DNA from: Syntrophales bacterium
GTDB lineage: Bacteria; Desulfobacterota; Syntrophia; Syntrophales; PHBD01
Direction of reading: 5' to 3'
DNA: 64,000 nucleotides
Assembly (NCBI GenBank): GCA_963668175.1
Contig: OY764159.1
Location: forward strand, 2,080,001 to 2,144,000
How positions within the stretch are numbered: position 1 is the stretch's first letter; each line of letters starts with the position of its first letter. A program made the translations under genes and the position numbers. The notes beneath the pieces were generated by a model. It ran no database searches and was not told where the DNA came from. It was given only the letters and a program-made list of their open reading frames with translations. This document shows positions 25,812-36,257 of this stretch, piece by piece.

Positions 25812-28043
25812 TTACCACTTGAACGGCTGGAAGTCCCGGAGGGAGTTGACGAGGACGCGGGGCTTCATGACGGAGGGCAGGTTGGAATACTTGTCCGTCC
25901 AGGGCCGCACAGGCTTCAGCTCTGCATCCGCCGTCCTGTCCTGCCACTGCATCTGCGCCGTCAGCGTATCCCTGATCTTCCCGTTCCACGTCAGCGCCGC
26001 CCAGTCCGAAGCGAGAAGCGCGGAGCCCTGCGCCGTGTTCGAGGCGAAGAGCGCAAAAGCGCCGACGGCCCTGGCGTTGCTTACGATTACGGGCGCAAGG
26101 TCGATGTACCGGTTGCTGATGTGGAAGAGGATCAGGCCGTTGTCCTTCACGCGGGCCCTGTATTCCCCGATCGCCTCCGTCGTCAGGAGGTGCACGGGGA
26201 CCGAATCGCCGCTGAAGGCGTCGATGACGAGGACGTCGTAACAGGACGGCGGCATCTTCCGCAGGGCGAGCCGCGCGTCGTCATAGTAGAAGTTGAGCTT
26301 CGCCTTCGAAAGCGCAAGGTAGTCGAACATGCCGACGAAGGCCGGCATGTCCGGGTCAAGCTCGAAGAAGTCCATCTGCCCGCCCTTTTTCCCGTAGGCG
26401 GAGAGCGTCCCCACGCCCAGTCCCACGACCGCGACCCGGTCCATCGCGAACCTGCCGCCGCCGAGGATCTTCCCCACGGGCGTGTCGCGGTGGTAGTAGG
26501 CCAGGGGCTCCGCCCGCTCCTCGGGGTCCGGCGTCCTGTACTGCAAGCCGTGGAGCGTCGTCCCGTTTGCGAACTTGAGAAGGTGCCCGCTCGCCCTGAT
26601 CTCGTAGATGCCGTAGTAGTTCCGGAAGGTGCCGATGGCCTTGCCGTCCGCCGTCCAGGTGTTGTCCACGAACGGCTCTATGGCGAAGACGGCGAGGAGG
26701 CAGAGCGCGAGCGCCGTCCTGTGTCCCGCGAGGTCCCGGAAGATATAGGCAAATGCGATGAGCGCGATCCCGACGCCGAAGACGTTGTACTGCTTGAACT
26801 CCATCGGCCAGGCGATCACGAGGATGACGACGTACGCGATCAGGCGCAGGCGGTAGAAGCCGATCCGCGAGAAACCCTCTTTCAGCGCGAGGGACAGGCC
26901 GATGAGGAAGAGGCCGAGGAGGAACTCCACCGTCGAGGTGAAGAGGCGCGGGATGATCCACGTCACGACCATGCTCCCCGCGAATCCGCCCAGGGAGACG
27001 ATCAGGTAGAAGCCCGTGAGGCCGTCCTTCTCCGCGGGCCGGCTTTCGTACAGCTCGTGCTGGCAGAACATGCAGAGCGCGAAGAGCGCGACGGCAAACG
27101 CGATCAGCCCCGGCATGACGGGCAGTATCCGCCCCTGGACGAAGAAGTAGACGAGCACGCTGAAACCCATTACCAGGTGGAATTGCCGGCCGATCCATTC
27201 CGGGTAGAACGGCCGGTCCCGGAAGGTGAGCGTGAACGACGCGAGATAGATGCAAAGCGGGATGACCCAGAGAAGAGGGCAGGGAACGATCTCGTAGGTG
27301 ACGATGTTCGTGACGGAAAGGAAGAGGACGCACCCCGCCGCCGACAGGAGGAACCAGCAGAGCTTCCGCCTTGCGCCCTCGCCGGACATCCGGAAAGCCT
27401 CCCGGAAGCCCGATCCGCCGGAGAGCGCGCCGCCGGGGGCGCACGCCGCCGGGAAGCGGATCGCCCGGAGCGACAGGATATACGCGACGATGAAAAGGAC
27501 ATAGAGGATGCGCCAGATAACCACCTGCACGTCCAGGTCGAAATAAACCTCGAAAAGGAACGGGTAGCTCAGAAGCCCCAAAAACGACCCGACGTTCGAC
27601 ACGGCATACAGCATGTAGGGGTTGCCGCTTTCGGGCAGCTCGCTGTAGGCGAGCCAGCTTTGCGTGACGATGCTGATCGTGGAGAGGACGAAGAAGGCCA
27701 TCCCGATGGAGAGCGCAAGCTGCATGAAGATGTCGAGCACGAGCGGGATGCCGGGGTGCGCGGCGATCTCCGGGAGCGCCCGGCCGGGGAAGAAGAGAAG
27801 CGGAAGCGCGACGAGGATCAGGTGCAGGTAGCGGTACCTGTATATCCCGCATTTCCGTACGGCGACGTGGGCGTAGAGGTAGCCCAAGAGGAGCGCGAAC
27901 TGGAAGAAGACGATGCACGAGCCCCACACGAGATAGCTCCCGCCGAACCGGGGCAGGAATATCTTCGCGATGACAAGCTCGATCTGAAAAAGCAGGAACG
28001 CCGACAGGAAGCTCAAGGCATAGAGATAGTGGACCCGTTTCAT
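25812..28043 (-). CDS. Fused membrane / spermidine-synthase-like SAM-dependent transferase
   Basis: N-terminal multi-TM region (FGGS..VW, YAVSNVGS); GLGVG, FELDP, DAFSGDSVPVHLLT, PWTD motifs. Confidence 0.93.
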   Translation of the reverse strand: MKRVHYLYALSFLSAFLLFQIELVIAKIFLPRFGGSYLVWGSCIVFFQFALLLGYLYAHVAVRKCGIYRYRYLHLILVALPLLFFPGRALPEIAAHPGIPLVLDIFMQLALSIGMAFFVLSTISIVTQSWLAYSELPESGNPYMLYAVSNVGSFLGLLSYPFLFEVYFDLDVQVVIWRILYVLFIVAYILSLRAIRFPAACAPGGALSGGSGFREAFRMSGEGARRKLCWFLLSAAGCVLFLSVTNIVTYEIVPCPLLWVIPLCIYLASFTLTFRDRPFYPEWIGRQFHLVMGFSVLVYFFVQGRILPVMPGLIAFAVALFALCMFCQHELYESRPAEKDGLTGFYLIVSLGGFAGSMVVTWIIPRLFTSTVEFLLGLFLIGLSLALKEGFSRIGFYRLRLIAYVVILVIAWPMEFKQYNVFGVGIALIAFAYIFRDLAGHRTALALCLLAVFAIEPFVDNTWTADGKAIGTFRNYYGIYEIRASGHLLKFANGTTLHGLQYRTPDPEERAEPLAYYHRDTPVGKILGGGRFAMDRVAVVGLGVGTLSAYGKKGGQMDFFELDPDMPAFVGMFDYLALSKAKLNFYYDDARLALRKMPPSCYDVLVIDAFSGDSVPVHLLTTEAIGEYRARVKDNGLILFHISNRYIDLAPVIVSNARAVGAFALFASNTAQGSALLASDWAALTWNGKIRDTLTAQMQWQDRTADAELKPVRPWTDKYSNLPSVMKPRVLVNSLRDFQPFKW

Positions 28044-28541
28044 GGTTTCCCTCCCGGCGCGGATTATCGCGGATTCGGCGCGGCGCCGTCAAGCATTGAT
28101 TTGAATCGGCTGGGGGGGCCGCCGCCGGGGCGGTTCCTGCCCGGGGATACGCCGTCACGGAGCGCCGGGCGGGCGGTGCAGGAAGAACGGCGGCTGCGCT
28201 GCTTCATGCGAATTGTTTTCCCTTTCCGTTCCGGTCCGGATGAGGTAGAATTTTTGAAGGTTCCGGGAGAACGGAAGCCTTGCCGGCGAAAGCGAAAGGG
28301 AAGGGGAAGGCAGCCCGCGCCGCCCGACGCAAGAACAGAGAGCCGAATGCCCCGCCGCAAGCGAGGGCCGTGTCAATAATGGCCGCCCCGCCGAAAGCGC
28401 CTGCCGGAAGCTCGGCCCGCAAGCGCCGACGGCGAAAAACAAAGGCAGGGCAAACCGGGATGACACGCGCAACACGCGCGGATTCTCCGCGAAGGGACGG
28501 ATGACGATGCAGGGCGCGGACTATCCGCGAAAGGGGAAAGC

Positions 28542-29342
28542 ATGAGCCTGTCCGACGAGCCGGTCCTGAGACTCGCCTTTTTCTTCGGCGTCCTGGCGGC
28601 GGTGGCCGCCTGGGAGGCCGTCGCCCCGCGCCGCCCGCTTACGGACAGCAAGGCGCGCCGCTGGTTTGCGAACCTGTCCCTGGTCGCCGTCAACACGGCG
28701 GCCGCCCGGGTCCTTTTCCCCCTCCTGCCCGTCGGGATGGCCGTTCTCGCCGGGCAGCGGGGCTGGGGCATCCTCCCCGCCCTCGCCCTGCCGCCGTGGG
28801 CCGGGTTTGCCGTTTCCGTCGCGGCCCTCGACTTCGTCATTTACATCCAGCACGTGCTTTTCCATTTTCTCCCCGTCCTCTGGCGCTTCCACCGGATGCA
28901 CCACACGGACCTCGACATCGACGTCACCACGGGCAGCCGCTTCCATCCCGTCGAGATCGTTATTTCCTTCGGCATCAAACTGGCGGCGGTCGCCCTGATC
29001 GGCCCCCCGGCCCCGGCGGTCCTCGCCTTCGAGATCCTCCTGAACGCGACGTCCCAGTTCAATCACGGCAATGTCCGCATGCCCGCCGCGCTGGACCGCC
29101 TGCTGCGGCTCTTCGTCGTCACGCCGGACATGCACCGGGTCCATCATTCCGTCGTCCCCCGCGAGACGAACAGCAATTTCGGCTTCAACCTGCCCTGGTG
29201 GGACCGCCTCTGCGGCACCTACCGCCGGGAGCCCGAGGAGGGGCACGCGGGGATGACCATCGGCCTCAGGGAATACCGGGACCCGGCGCTCCTCACGCTG
29301 CCCAGGCTCCTCGTCCAGCCGTTCGTCCGGCCGAAGGCGTGA
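28542..29342 (+). CDS. Sterol desaturase / fatty-acid hydroxylase family protein
   Basis: His boxes HVLFH, HRMHH and HRVHH; NSNFGFNLPWWDRL. Confidence 0.92.
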   Translation: MSLSDEPVLRLAFFFGVLAAVAAWEAVAPRRPLTDSKARRWFANLSLVAVNTAAARVLFPLLPVGMAVLAGQRGWGILPALALPPWAGFAVSVAALDFVIYIQHVLFHFLPVLWRFHRMHHTDLDIDVTTGSRFHPVEIVISFGIKLAAVALIGPPAPAVLAFEILLNATSQFNHGNVRMPAALDRLLRLFVVTPDMHRVHHSVVPRETNSNFGFNLPWWDRLCGTYRREPEEGHAGMTIGLREYRDPALLTLPRLLVQPFVRPKA

Positions 29343-29628
29343 CGGCCGCAACGTTCCCGAAAACCGGCGCAGGGCCGCCCGGCGGCCGGCGATAAAATCG
29401 CAGGTGTCTTTCCGGCCCGCTTTCCACGCTGTTTTCCCTTTCCGTTCCGGCCCGAATAGGGTAAAATAAGGCGGACGACAAAAAACAAAAAGCCCCGTAT
29501 ATGAAACGCTCGACGGCCCCGGCGCATGCCAGACCTCCGGTGCAAGTGGATGCAGTATGGGTAGGGCGAAGGCCCGGCCCGCGGACTCGCTGATCGTCGG
29601 CTGAAACTGAGAAAGAAAGGCGCCTCAC

Positions 29629-30822
29629 ATGCAGGGTTACGAACTGGAACCGGATGCGCAAAGCGTCCCCGTTCCCGTCCTCGGAGGGAAATCCGTGCTG
29701 GGTCCGCAGGTCCGGGTTGCGCTCGCCGGGATCCGGAAGGGGACGCACGCCCACGGCATCGTCCAGGCGGTCCGCGACGCGGTCCTGGACATCACCGACT
29801 TCCGCTGGCTCTCCCGGGGCGACACCGTCTTCGTCAAGACGGCCAACAGCTCGCCCTTCCGCTATCCCGCCACAACGCATCCCCTGGCCGTGGTCGCCGT
29901 CGTCGGGCTCCTCCGGGAGCACGGGGCGGGCAGGGTCATCGTGGGCGACATGTCCGGCGTCCGTTACCTGCGCTTCACGCCCACGTCGTGCACCGGCAGC
30001 ACCCGCATGCTGATGGCCGATTCCGGCATGGCGGCGGCCGTCCTGGCGGCGGGCGGCGAGCTGCATTGCTTCGAGGAGCCCGGCTGGGACCACTTTTACG
30101 AGGAGAATCCCGCGCCGGGTTCGCACTGGAAGTACGGCCTCACGATGCCCGCCATCCTCAGGGAGGTCCGGCACATCGTCCTCATGCCCCGCTGCTCGAG
30201 GCACGTCATCACCGGCAGCACCCTGGGCCTGAAGGCGGCGGCGGGCTACTGGCGCCCCGACACGCGGCTGGAGTTCCACCGCGACGCCTCCACCCTGCAG
30301 GAGAAGACGGCGGAGGGCAACACGGTCCCGACCCTCCTCAAAAAACAGCGCCTGGTGGTTTCGATGGCGCACAAGATACTCACGACCGTGGGGCCGGACC
30401 GGGGCCACGTCTTCCAGCCCGGATACGGCCTGGTCCTCGCCTCCGAATCGGTCGTCGCCCACGACATGGTGGCGCTCGCGTGGCTTCTGGACAACCGGCG
30501 GTCCGTGCCCTTCTGGCGCTGGGACCGCTGGGTGGACCGCAGCGAGTACGCGGCCCGCTTCGCGAACCGCCTCGTCACGAACTGGCTGGGAGGGTGGCGC
30601 ACGGCCATGGAGGGGGAGCGGGTGAACAAGGACCCGCTGAACACCATCTGGGACGACCGGGTGCTGCTGCGCAGCTACGAGCTCTTCGGCGGCGTTCCCG
30701 ACATCCTGCTCGCCCCGGCCAACAAGGACATCGTCTCCGGCCTCCGGACCCGCCTCGCCCGGCTGACGGCCCCCCCGCCCGTCTATCCGCCCGAGAAAAC
30801 CGAAGAGCCCTATCTGGATTGA
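29629..30822 (+). CDS. DUF362-domain protein (paralog 1)
   Basis: GDTVFVK..S...YPATTHP, VIVGD, TLGLK motifs. Confidence 0.85.
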   Translation: MQGYELEPDAQSVPVPVLGGKSVLGPQVRVALAGIRKGTHAHGIVQAVRDAVLDITDFRWLSRGDTVFVKTANSSPFRYPATTHPLAVVAVVGLLREHGAGRVIVGDMSGVRYLRFTPTSCTGSTRMLMADSGMAAAVLAAGGELHCFEEPGWDHFYEENPAPGSHWKYGLTMPAILREVRHIVLMPRCSRHVITGSTLGLKAAAGYWRPDTRLEFHRDASTLQEKTAEGNTVPTLLKKQRLVVSMAHKILTTVGPDRGHVFQPGYGLVLASESVVAHDMVALAWLLDNRRSVPFWRWDRWVDRSEYAARFANRLVTNWLGGWRTAMEGERVNKDPLNTIWDDRVLLRSYELFGGVPDILLAPANKDIVSGLRTRLARLTAPPPVYPPEKTEEPYLD

Positions 30823-31123
30823 AAAGGGAAGGCCCGCCGCCTTCCCCCGGAGGCATCCGGCATTCGCGGTTCGATTCCGGCCGTTCCCTGTTCCGCCGTT
30901 CGGCCTCGCGGTGCGCCGTGCTTCAAGATAATGACGCTTTTACCCGCCGCCCCAAGGTTCAACCTACCACTTTCCATCCCAACAACTATGCTTGTATGTC
31001 GTCGTCGGCCCCTGTAATCTGAGGACGTACAAGGGGTTGAGCGATTGCAGGAAAAGCGCTGCGGTCCGCATCGTCCGGGCGGCTGCTGCTTCGCCGGCGG
31101 CACTTCTATAGGAGGGAAAAGTT

Positions 31124-31726
31124 ATGAAGAAATACATTCTGACAGCGGTTTTCGCATGGGCGCTCATGGCGGCGCCGGTCCAGGCGGCGATAGTCGATTT
31201 CAGCGGGCTGCCCGCCACCGTCGATATTACGTTCGAGAATAATCCCGCCGGCCTGACGCTGAACGGGGTCACCATGGGGTACGATAATTTCGGCAGCGCA
31301 ACCGACTTTGCCGCGGCCGATCAACTGGGCATTTACGGCACGACTTACGGCGTCCTCGTTTTCAACTTCGCCACCCCGTCCGTCGGGTTGAAATTCAATT
31401 ATTCCGTCTATTACACCGGCGGGCCCGATCCCAATGCCCTGGTCACGCTCTTTTACAACCTGGGAAACTCCGGCGATGTGGCGACGAATGCGGGAGTGTA
31501 CGATCCTTCCATGGATTCCATCAGCGGCGTATTCGACTATAGCGGCGCCGTTTTCGACCAGGTGTTCATGTACTTCAGCCCGTTTCAGACGGACCCCAAC
31601 CTGTCGCCCTATATCTTCACCGTCGATCATATCGAGTATACGCCCGCGCCCGAACCGGCATCCATGCTGCTTTTGGGCCTGGGGGCCGTCGGCGTCGCCT
31701 TCCTGAGGAGAAAGACCAAAGCATAG
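31124..31726 (+). CDS. PEP-CTERM sorting-domain protein
   Basis: Signal peptide; C-terminal APEPASMLLLGLG...LRRK. Confidence 0.92.
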   Translation: MKKYILTAVFAWALMAAPVQAAIVDFSGLPATVDITFENNPAGLTLNGVTMGYDNFGSATDFAAADQLGIYGTTYGVLVFNFATPSVGLKFNYSVYYTGGPDPNALVTLFYNLGNSGDVATNAGVYDPSMDSISGVFDYSGAVFDQVFMYFSPFQTDPNLSPYIFTVDHIEYTPAPEPASMLLLGLGAVGVAFLRRKTKA

Positions 31727-31999
31727 ACCCATCGTCCATCCCGTCGTCCATCCGGCCGACACCGTAGGCAGGGCAGGCAATGCCCTGCCTTTTCTTTTTC
31801 GCGATTTCTCGCACCGTCCCCCATCGGGAAAATCGTCCTTTTTTGAAGCTGCGTCGCGCAGCGGGAAGCCGGATGCGGGGCGGCGATTCGGCTGTGCTTG
31901 TGACGGCGCCGCCGTAAAGCGGACCGGAAAACCGGGCGAAGGCCGCGCCGCCGTGGGTTTTCAACGGCGACAAGGCACGCCGGACGGGGGCCGCTGCCG

Positions 32000-32345
32000 G
32001 AAAGGCGCGCCGGGGCAAGAAAGACGTGCCGGGGCAAGAAAGATGCGCCGGACGGCGGCTGCATCGTGCGGGTTGTCCGCGCGCGGGCGGTTGTGGTATA
32101 GATAAGCCGTCGTAGGAAAAAAAGAAGATCCGTCGGGCTGGAAAGCGCACCGGGGCAAGAAAGTCGCACCGGCGGGGCCGGAAAAATTCGCCGGAGCCGG
32201 AAAAGCGCGCCGGTGGCGGGGCCGGAGAGACGCTTCAGGGCCGGAAAGAAGCACCCGGGCAAGAAAAACACGCCGCTGCCGGAAATACGCTCCGGCAGGG
32301 CCATCACAACGGGGCCGTCACAACGGGGCCGTCACAACGGGGCCG
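32000..32345. repeat. Degenerate intergenic repeats (GCRCCGGGGCAAGAAAG about x4; TCACAACGGGGCCG x3 at 32304-32345)
   Basis: Read directly. Confidence 0.7.
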
Positions 32346-32390
32346 GAAAAACACGCCGGGAGAACGATCCCAGGCAGAAAGGCATCGGGC

Positions 32391-33545
32391 ATGCAGGGAC
32401 AGGAAATCGGACAGGAAGCGAAAAGCGCCGCCGTTCCCGTCACGGGCGGGAAGCGGACGCTCGGCCCCAGGGCGAAGGTCGCCGCGGCGGGGGTGAAAGA
32501 CGGGACGCCCGCGCACGGCATCGTCGAGGCGGTGCGGGCGGCGGTCCTGAAAGCGACGGACTTCTCCTGGCTCGCCAAGGGCGACACCGTCTTCGTCAAG
32601 ACGTCCAACAATTCCCCCAACGCCTATCCGGCCACCACGAGCCCCATCGCCGTGGTCGCCGTCGTCGGGCTCCTCCGGGAGAAGGGGGCGGGCCGGGTGA
32701 TCGTGGGCGACATGTCCGGCGTCCAGTACGTGCGGTTCTCGCCGGAAAGGACGACGGGCAGCACCCGGAAACTCATGGCCGCTACAGGCATGGCCGCGTC
32801 GGTGGCGGCCGCCGGGGGCGAGCTGCACTGCTTCGAGGAGGCCGGGTGGGACGCCTTTTACGAGGACATGCCGGCCACGGGATCGCACTGGAAGCGGGGC
32901 CTCATGATGCCCAATATCCTGAAGGCGGCGCAGCACATCGTCCTCATGCCCCGCTGTTCCCGGCACATGATCGCCGGCAGCACCCTGGGCCTCAAGGCGG
33001 CGGTGGGCTACTGGCGGCACGACACGCGGCTGGAATACCATCACGCCGCCGCTACCCTGCAGGAGAAGACGGCGGAAGGCAACACGGTTCCGACGCTGCT
33101 TGCCAAGCAGCGCCTGGTCGTCACGGCGGCGGACAAGCTCCTCGTCACCGTCGGGCCCGACATGGGGCATATCTACGTGCCCGATCCCGGCCTGATCTTC
33201 GCGTCCGAATCGGTCGTCGCGCACGACATGGTTTCCCTCGCCTGGCTCCTGTACAACCGGCAGGAGATGCCGGACCTGCGCTGGGAGGTCATGGCGGACC
33301 GGAGCGCCGTCGTGCCCCGCGTCGCGAACCGCGTCGTCACACGCTGGCTGGGCGGATGGGGCAAGGCCCTGACGGTGGAGCGCGTAACCAAGGACCGCCT
33401 CGACACGATCTGGGACGACCGCACCCTGAACCGCAGCTACGACCTCTTCGGCGGCGTTCCCGACGTCTCGCTCGCGTCGTCCAAAGGCGACATCGCCGCC
33501 GGACTCATCGCCCGCCTGGCCGGGATGACGGCCGTGCCGGACTGA
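32391..33545 (+). CDS. DUF362-domain protein (paralog 2)
   Basis: Colinear and highly similar to 29629-30822. Confidence 0.87.
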   Translation: MQGQEIGQEAKSAAVPVTGGKRTLGPRAKVAAAGVKDGTPAHGIVEAVRAAVLKATDFSWLAKGDTVFVKTSNNSPNAYPATTSPIAVVAVVGLLREKGAGRVIVGDMSGVQYVRFSPERTTGSTRKLMAATGMAASVAAAGGELHCFEEAGWDAFYEDMPATGSHWKRGLMMPNILKAAQHIVLMPRCSRHMIAGSTLGLKAAVGYWRHDTRLEYHHAAATLQEKTAEGNTVPTLLAKQRLVVTAADKLLVTVGPDMGHIYVPDPGLIFASESVVAHDMVSLAWLLYNRQEMPDLRWEVMADRSAVVPRVANRVVTRWLGGWGKALTVERVTKDRLDTIWDDRTLNRSYDLFGGVPDVSLASSKGDIAAGLIARLAGMTAVPD

Positions 33546-33712
33546 GCCGGGGCGCGCCGTTTGCCGCCCGATGTCGTCGCGCCACAACGGTGTTGATTAA
33601 TATTGCGGCAGGTGGTACGTCTGCCGGGCGTCCCGCGCTTCGCAAGGGGAGGGCGGGCCGCAAGCGAAAGTCTTAGCGCACAGGAACAAATGCCATAACA
33701 GGAGAAGAAAAG

Positions 33713-34009
33713 ATGATTTCACTCGTTGCGAAAATGACGGTAAAAGAGGACAAGAGGGAAGAGGCCGTCGCGGCCATCAGGGAATTGGTCGCGGAGACGG
33801 CCAAGGAAGAGGGAACGCTGTTCTATACGGTGAACCGCGATCTCAAGAATCCGGACACGTTCGTTTTTATGGAACGCTACAGGGACAAAGCCGCCCTGGA
33901 TGCCCATGCGGCAAGCCCGCATTTCAAGGCGTTTTCCGCCAAATGCCCGGGGTTCATGGCCGGCAAGGCGGAGCTTACGAGGCTGGAAGAAATCCTTTCG
34001 GCCAAATAG
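33713..34009 (+). CDS. Antibiotic-biosynthesis / putative quinol monooxygenase (ABM domain)
   Basis: EEGTLFY...FVFMERY.D..ALDAH..SPHF; AGGAG RBS. Confidence 0.9.
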   Translation: MISLVAKMTVKEDKREEAVAAIRELVAETAKEEGTLFYTVNRDLKNPDTFVFMERYRDKAALDAHAASPHFKAFSAKCPGFMAGKAELTRLEEILSAK

Positions 34010-34172
34010 ACTGCTCTCGCCAAATGCCCGGGGTTCCTGGCCGGCAAGGCGGAGCTTACGAGGCTGGAAGAAATCCTTTCGGCCAAATAGACTGTTCCGC
34101 CAAATGCCCGGCGTTCCTGGCCGGCAAGGCGGAACTTACGAGGATGGAAAAAATCCTTCCGGCCAAATAGAC
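33937..34172 (+). repeat. Three tandem ~80-bp copies of the monooxygenase 3' end
   Basis: Units start at 33937, 34018 and 34098, each ending GCCAAATAGAC. Confidence 0.92.
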
Positions 34173-34177
34173 GGTTC

Positions 34178-34350
34178 CAACCGCCGCCGAAGCTGCCATA
34201 GCCTCGGCGGCGTCCCCGATATCCTCCCGCTGCCGTCCTCCAAAAACGACACCGCCGATATATCGTTCGCGCCCCGAAGGCGGCATCGCCGCCGACACCC
34301 CCACCCGCCCGGCCCGGATGACGGCCCCCGCCACCTGTCTACCCGCCGGA
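34178..34350 (+). pseudogene. Degenerate 3' fragment of a DUF362 gene
   Basis: cggcggcgtccccgatatc...tccaaaaacgacaccgcc and gacggccccc..gtctacccgcc resemble the ends of both DUF362 genes. Confidence 0.6.
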
Positions 34351-34582
34351 GCCTGCCGATACTCACGATCTTGATTGCGAAGAAGGGCTGGCTGTAAGCC
34401 TTTTGCCCAGACCATACAATACAGAAATAAGTATAAGATTTGTCATCATAATTATATTAAAAAGCATTATTGACATGGCGTGTGGAAAAGTGTAGATGTT
34501 ACTAATCCTCTCCTCATAGTATTTATTAAGTCAAGTAGATACATATCAACATAACAAGACCTTTATTTAGGGCCAAAACGAC

Positions 34583-35188
34583 ATGACAGAAGATGATCGG
34601 AAGAAGAAACGTTTCGATGTGGCTGTCCAAATCAGAAATTTTGAAATTAACTTGTTTTGGAAGAGATCCCTTTTCTTTTGGGGCTTCATTGCATCGGCAT
34701 TCGTTGGCTATGCAGCATTGAGTAAATATCAGTCAGACCTCTCTGTCATTGTGGCGTGTTTTGGTATGGTTTGCTCGTTTGCGTGGACACTCGTCAATCG
34801 AGGTTCCAAATACTGGCAGGAAAGCTGGGAAACAAAGGTTGAGAAGTATGAAGCCGTCCTAATCGGTGCACTTTTTGCGGAAGAGGAAGCAGTGCAGAGT
34901 CATAAAGGTTTTTGGCTAGGTGCTAGAAAATATTCCGTAAGCAAACTTGCGACAGCGTTAAGTGATTATGTTTTCGTCCTCTGGTTTATAATTGTAGTTA
35001 AAGATTTCATCAATCGTTACCTGATCATATGTAAGTATGCTTATCTGGAAGAAATCGGAATCACTTCTTTCGTCGTATTTTCATTCAGTTACTTATTGCT
35101 CTTATTATGGTGCGGCCGGAAGACATCACGACCTAAAAAGACGGAATTATCATCCAAATGGAATGTCTCAAACCGAAACCGTCCATAA
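34583..35188 (+). CDS. Small membrane protein (FEINLFWKRS...GSKYWQE family, RipA-like); first gene of the AT-rich island
   Basis: 4 hydrophobic segments; motifs recalled from a family found in defence islands. Confidence 0.65.
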   Translation: MTEDDRKKKRFDVAVQIRNFEINLFWKRSLFFWGFIASAFVGYAALSKYQSDLSVIVACFGMVCSFAWTLVNRGSKYWQESWETKVEKYEAVLIGALFAEEEAVQSHKGFWLGARKYSVSKLATALSDYVFVLWFIIVVKDFINRYLIICKYAYLEEIGITSFVVFSFSYLLLLLWCGRKTSRPKKTELSSKWNVSNRNRP

Positions 35189-35201
35189 ATCGAATAAATA
35201 A

Positions 35202-36162
35202 GTGGAAAATGATATGGACACGCTGACTTTGATTCAAATCAGTGATCTGCATATGCCAAGATTAATAGGAGAGCCGTCGAATATTGACTGGAAAGATAAG
35301 GGGTTTCCAAAACAATTAGGTCAGATAATAGTTACTCCTCGATGGCAAAGCGTAATGAGAGAATTGATAGATTATATTGAAAATAACCGACATTCAATCG
35401 GGGGAATTATTATCTGTGGTGATTTGACGGACAAAGGTGATTTATCAGGTTATGAGAATTGCTTAACATATTTAAATGAAACTCTGCAAATCGCCGATGA
35501 ACAAAGATGGCAAAAAAATCAAGTGCATATAGTTCCAGGGAATCACGATATTAACCGCAAGACGAATGATTCTAACAGTGGGGACATTTATCTCAAATTT
35601 GAACCATTAATCATGGCATGGCATAATTTAGGATTGCCAATCCTAACTACGAGAGGAGCTAGGCAGACACAAATGTCGGCGAATGGTAATAGTGTTGATG
35701 TTTTTTCAATAAATTCCTGTATTGGATGTGGTGAAAAGCGCTATATGCCCGCAGAAATTAAGGAGCAAATGCATGAAATGCTCAGGACAAACAATGAGTC
35801 TAATCTAATTTGGGAACAACTAGATACGCCAGCATTTTCAGAAGACGATATTAACAAGATTATAGCTAAAATCGATCAATTGTCCGGTTTGTCAGTGGGC
35901 GTGGTTGTAGCTCATCATAATTTATTGCCCCAAGTATCCCCCAGGCTTGAGATATACACGGAGGTTATCAATGGTGGCCTTGTGAGATCACGGTTGTCCC
36001 AGTGTAAACACCCCGTGATATATTGTCACGGGCATGTTCACGAAGATCCGATTGAAGTGGTGTTCAATGCAAGATCGAGGCGTAGCCGTCTGATTTCGAT
36101 AGCGTGTTCCAAGTTCACTGACGGATTCAACATCATTAAACTACATTTCTCCCGTCACGAGG
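35202..36162 (+). pseudogene. Calcineurin-like metallophosphoesterase, 5' part (interrupted by IS)
   Basis: SDLH, GDLTD, PGNHD, HH and HGHVH motifs; frame continues at 37497 once the IS is removed. Confidence 0.9.
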
Positions 36163-36257
36163 TGAAGTAGCCCCCAATTGAACCGGACACTTTGAATCTG
36201 GAAATAAGTTGTAGGAATAGATATAGAGATATTACTACAACCAGAAAGAAGGTGTTT

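Noticed and set aside
21453..28379. Long ORFs 21453-23378(-), 25776-28379(+) and 26356-28158(-)
   Set aside because: Antisense or alternative-frame shadows of the TRAP and spermidine-synthase-like genes, typical of high GC3
28445..28540. Possible riboswitch (GGGCAAACC) upstream of the desaturase
   Set aside because: The second conserved half is missing
33937..34172. Possible CRISPR or ncRNA repeat
   Set aside because: It is a tandem duplication of a coding 3' end with no unique spacers
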